Positions 62,876-64,000 of a stretch of 64,000 nt of DNA are shown piece by piece. Origin of the DNA: Azolla caroliniana (lineage: Eukaryota; Plantae; Polypodiophyta); contig JBHGNT010000017.1 in the NCBI GenBank assembly GCA_043228905.1, positions 16,492,001 through 16,556,000 on the forward strand, read 5' to 3'. The stretch's first letter is position 1; each line of letters opens with the position of its first letter. A program made the translations under genes and the position numbers. The notes beneath the pieces were generated by a model. It was not told where the DNA came from, ran no database searches, and saw only the letters and a program-made list of their open reading frames with translations.

Positions 62876-64000
62876 ACCATCAAAACGCAACATGGGAGCA
62901 AGCGGTGAGTCAAGTCATGTATTGCTTGGCAACATGTGTCCACGACCACATGCTTAGCCACATTCGAGATGCCCAGATGCCCAAAGAGGCGTGGGAAAAC
63001 TTAAAGAAAATGTTCGCCACCAACACAACCCCCCGAAAGCTTCAACTCCGATAAGAGTTGAACAACATTCGGCAAAAAGACATGTCTGTGTCGGACTACA
63101 CTGCCAAGATCAAGAGCATTTGCGACTTGCTTGGCTCCATCAACATAAATGTCAATGAAGATGAGATGGTTCAAGGATATGCTTGGGCGTCCTCGCACAA
63201 TGATTCGACCCATTACGGACAACAATCTTGGTGAGAGAAAACCCTCCTTCGTTCTTCGACCTTCAATCAATGCTATTGGTCGAAGAAAACCACGTCTGAA
63301 CCAAAAGCAAGACGTCGGAAGGACAAATGTTCTTCTCGAATTCGGACGGTGGCCAAGGACGAGGTCACGACGATAGAAGAGGTCAATTCGACCCTTCACA
63401 CGAAGGGAACTCAAACCTTCATGGAAACCATTGAGGAACCTTCGGAAGAAGGGGGAGCTTCCATGCCGAACAAGGTCGGCAAATGAGGCCCGCAACTTGC
63501 AATTGTTGCAGAAAAATCAGCCACCATGAGGAGGAGTTCCGAAAAAGAAGAAGCGAGTCGGCTTCGACAAGTTGACAACTCACGAATTACGCCACCAATT
63601 CTGAATACGATGACTACGACGGACTATTCGTAATGAGGCATAAAGAGAACTCTATGTCGTCCTCCGACTCTGCAAGCACCTCCAATTCGTCGATTCCGGC
63701 ACCTCACATTACATGACATCCCACAAATAGTGGTTCAATGATTTGCGTACACCAGACCGACCCGACTTCATAGAGACAGGAGACGACACCACACATCTCA
63801 TTCGGCACATCGGCAATGTCCCATTCGAGAAAGAAGGCGAACAAACTTGCATCAAGAATGTCTTGAACGTATCCACAATAACGAAGAATTTGGTCTCGGT
63901 CGGCCAAATCGTGGAGCAAGGCATGCAAGTCCGCTTCAACAACGAAGGTTGTTTCATCGAGAAAGATGGCCAACTCATAGCCAAGGGACGGAGAGACGGT
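62876..64000 (+). mobile_element. Degenerate Ty1/copia gag-protease fragment (runs off window end)
   Basis: KEAWENLKKMF..RKLQLR*ELNNIRQKDMSVSDY (copia gag), DSGTSHYMT, IKNVLNV..KNLVSVGQI; many stops and frameshifts. Confidence 0.85.

Overview
Eukaryotic land-plant nuclear DNA, probably a seed-free plant such as a fern (inferred from the TE lineages and gene content, not proven). Two nested retrotransposon clusters flank a gene island. Left (1-15.1 kb): a decayed Ty1/copia with its 3' LTR, then a 5'-truncated L1/Tx1-type LINE (13-bp TSD, (TAA)n tail, open 1434-aa ORF2) whose ORF1 is split by a complete Tnt1/Tork-like copia (TSD GTATC). Middle (15-43 kb): AT-rich DNA, microsatellites, a 14-exon NIMA-related kinase (+), a 97-aa membrane-anchored single-LysM protein (+), and on the minus strand a plastid-targeted methyltransferase-fold protein followed by riboflavin-kinase exons (possibly one fusion gene). 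Right (44-64 kb): an old gypsy relic is interrupted by a young minus-strand Athila/Tat-like gypsy (420-bp LTRs, TSD TCGTT, extra 968-aa coiled-coil ORF). That element is interrupted by an intact fungal-type gypsy (715-bp LTRs, 4-bp TSD, tRNA-Trp primer, -1 frameshift signal). The window ends in another decayed copia. Most notable: the candidate plastid riboflavin-kinase fusion, the intact fungal-type element, the extra retroelement ORF, and CCGG-rich young versus TCGA-rich old elements. All coordinates and counts were read by eye.
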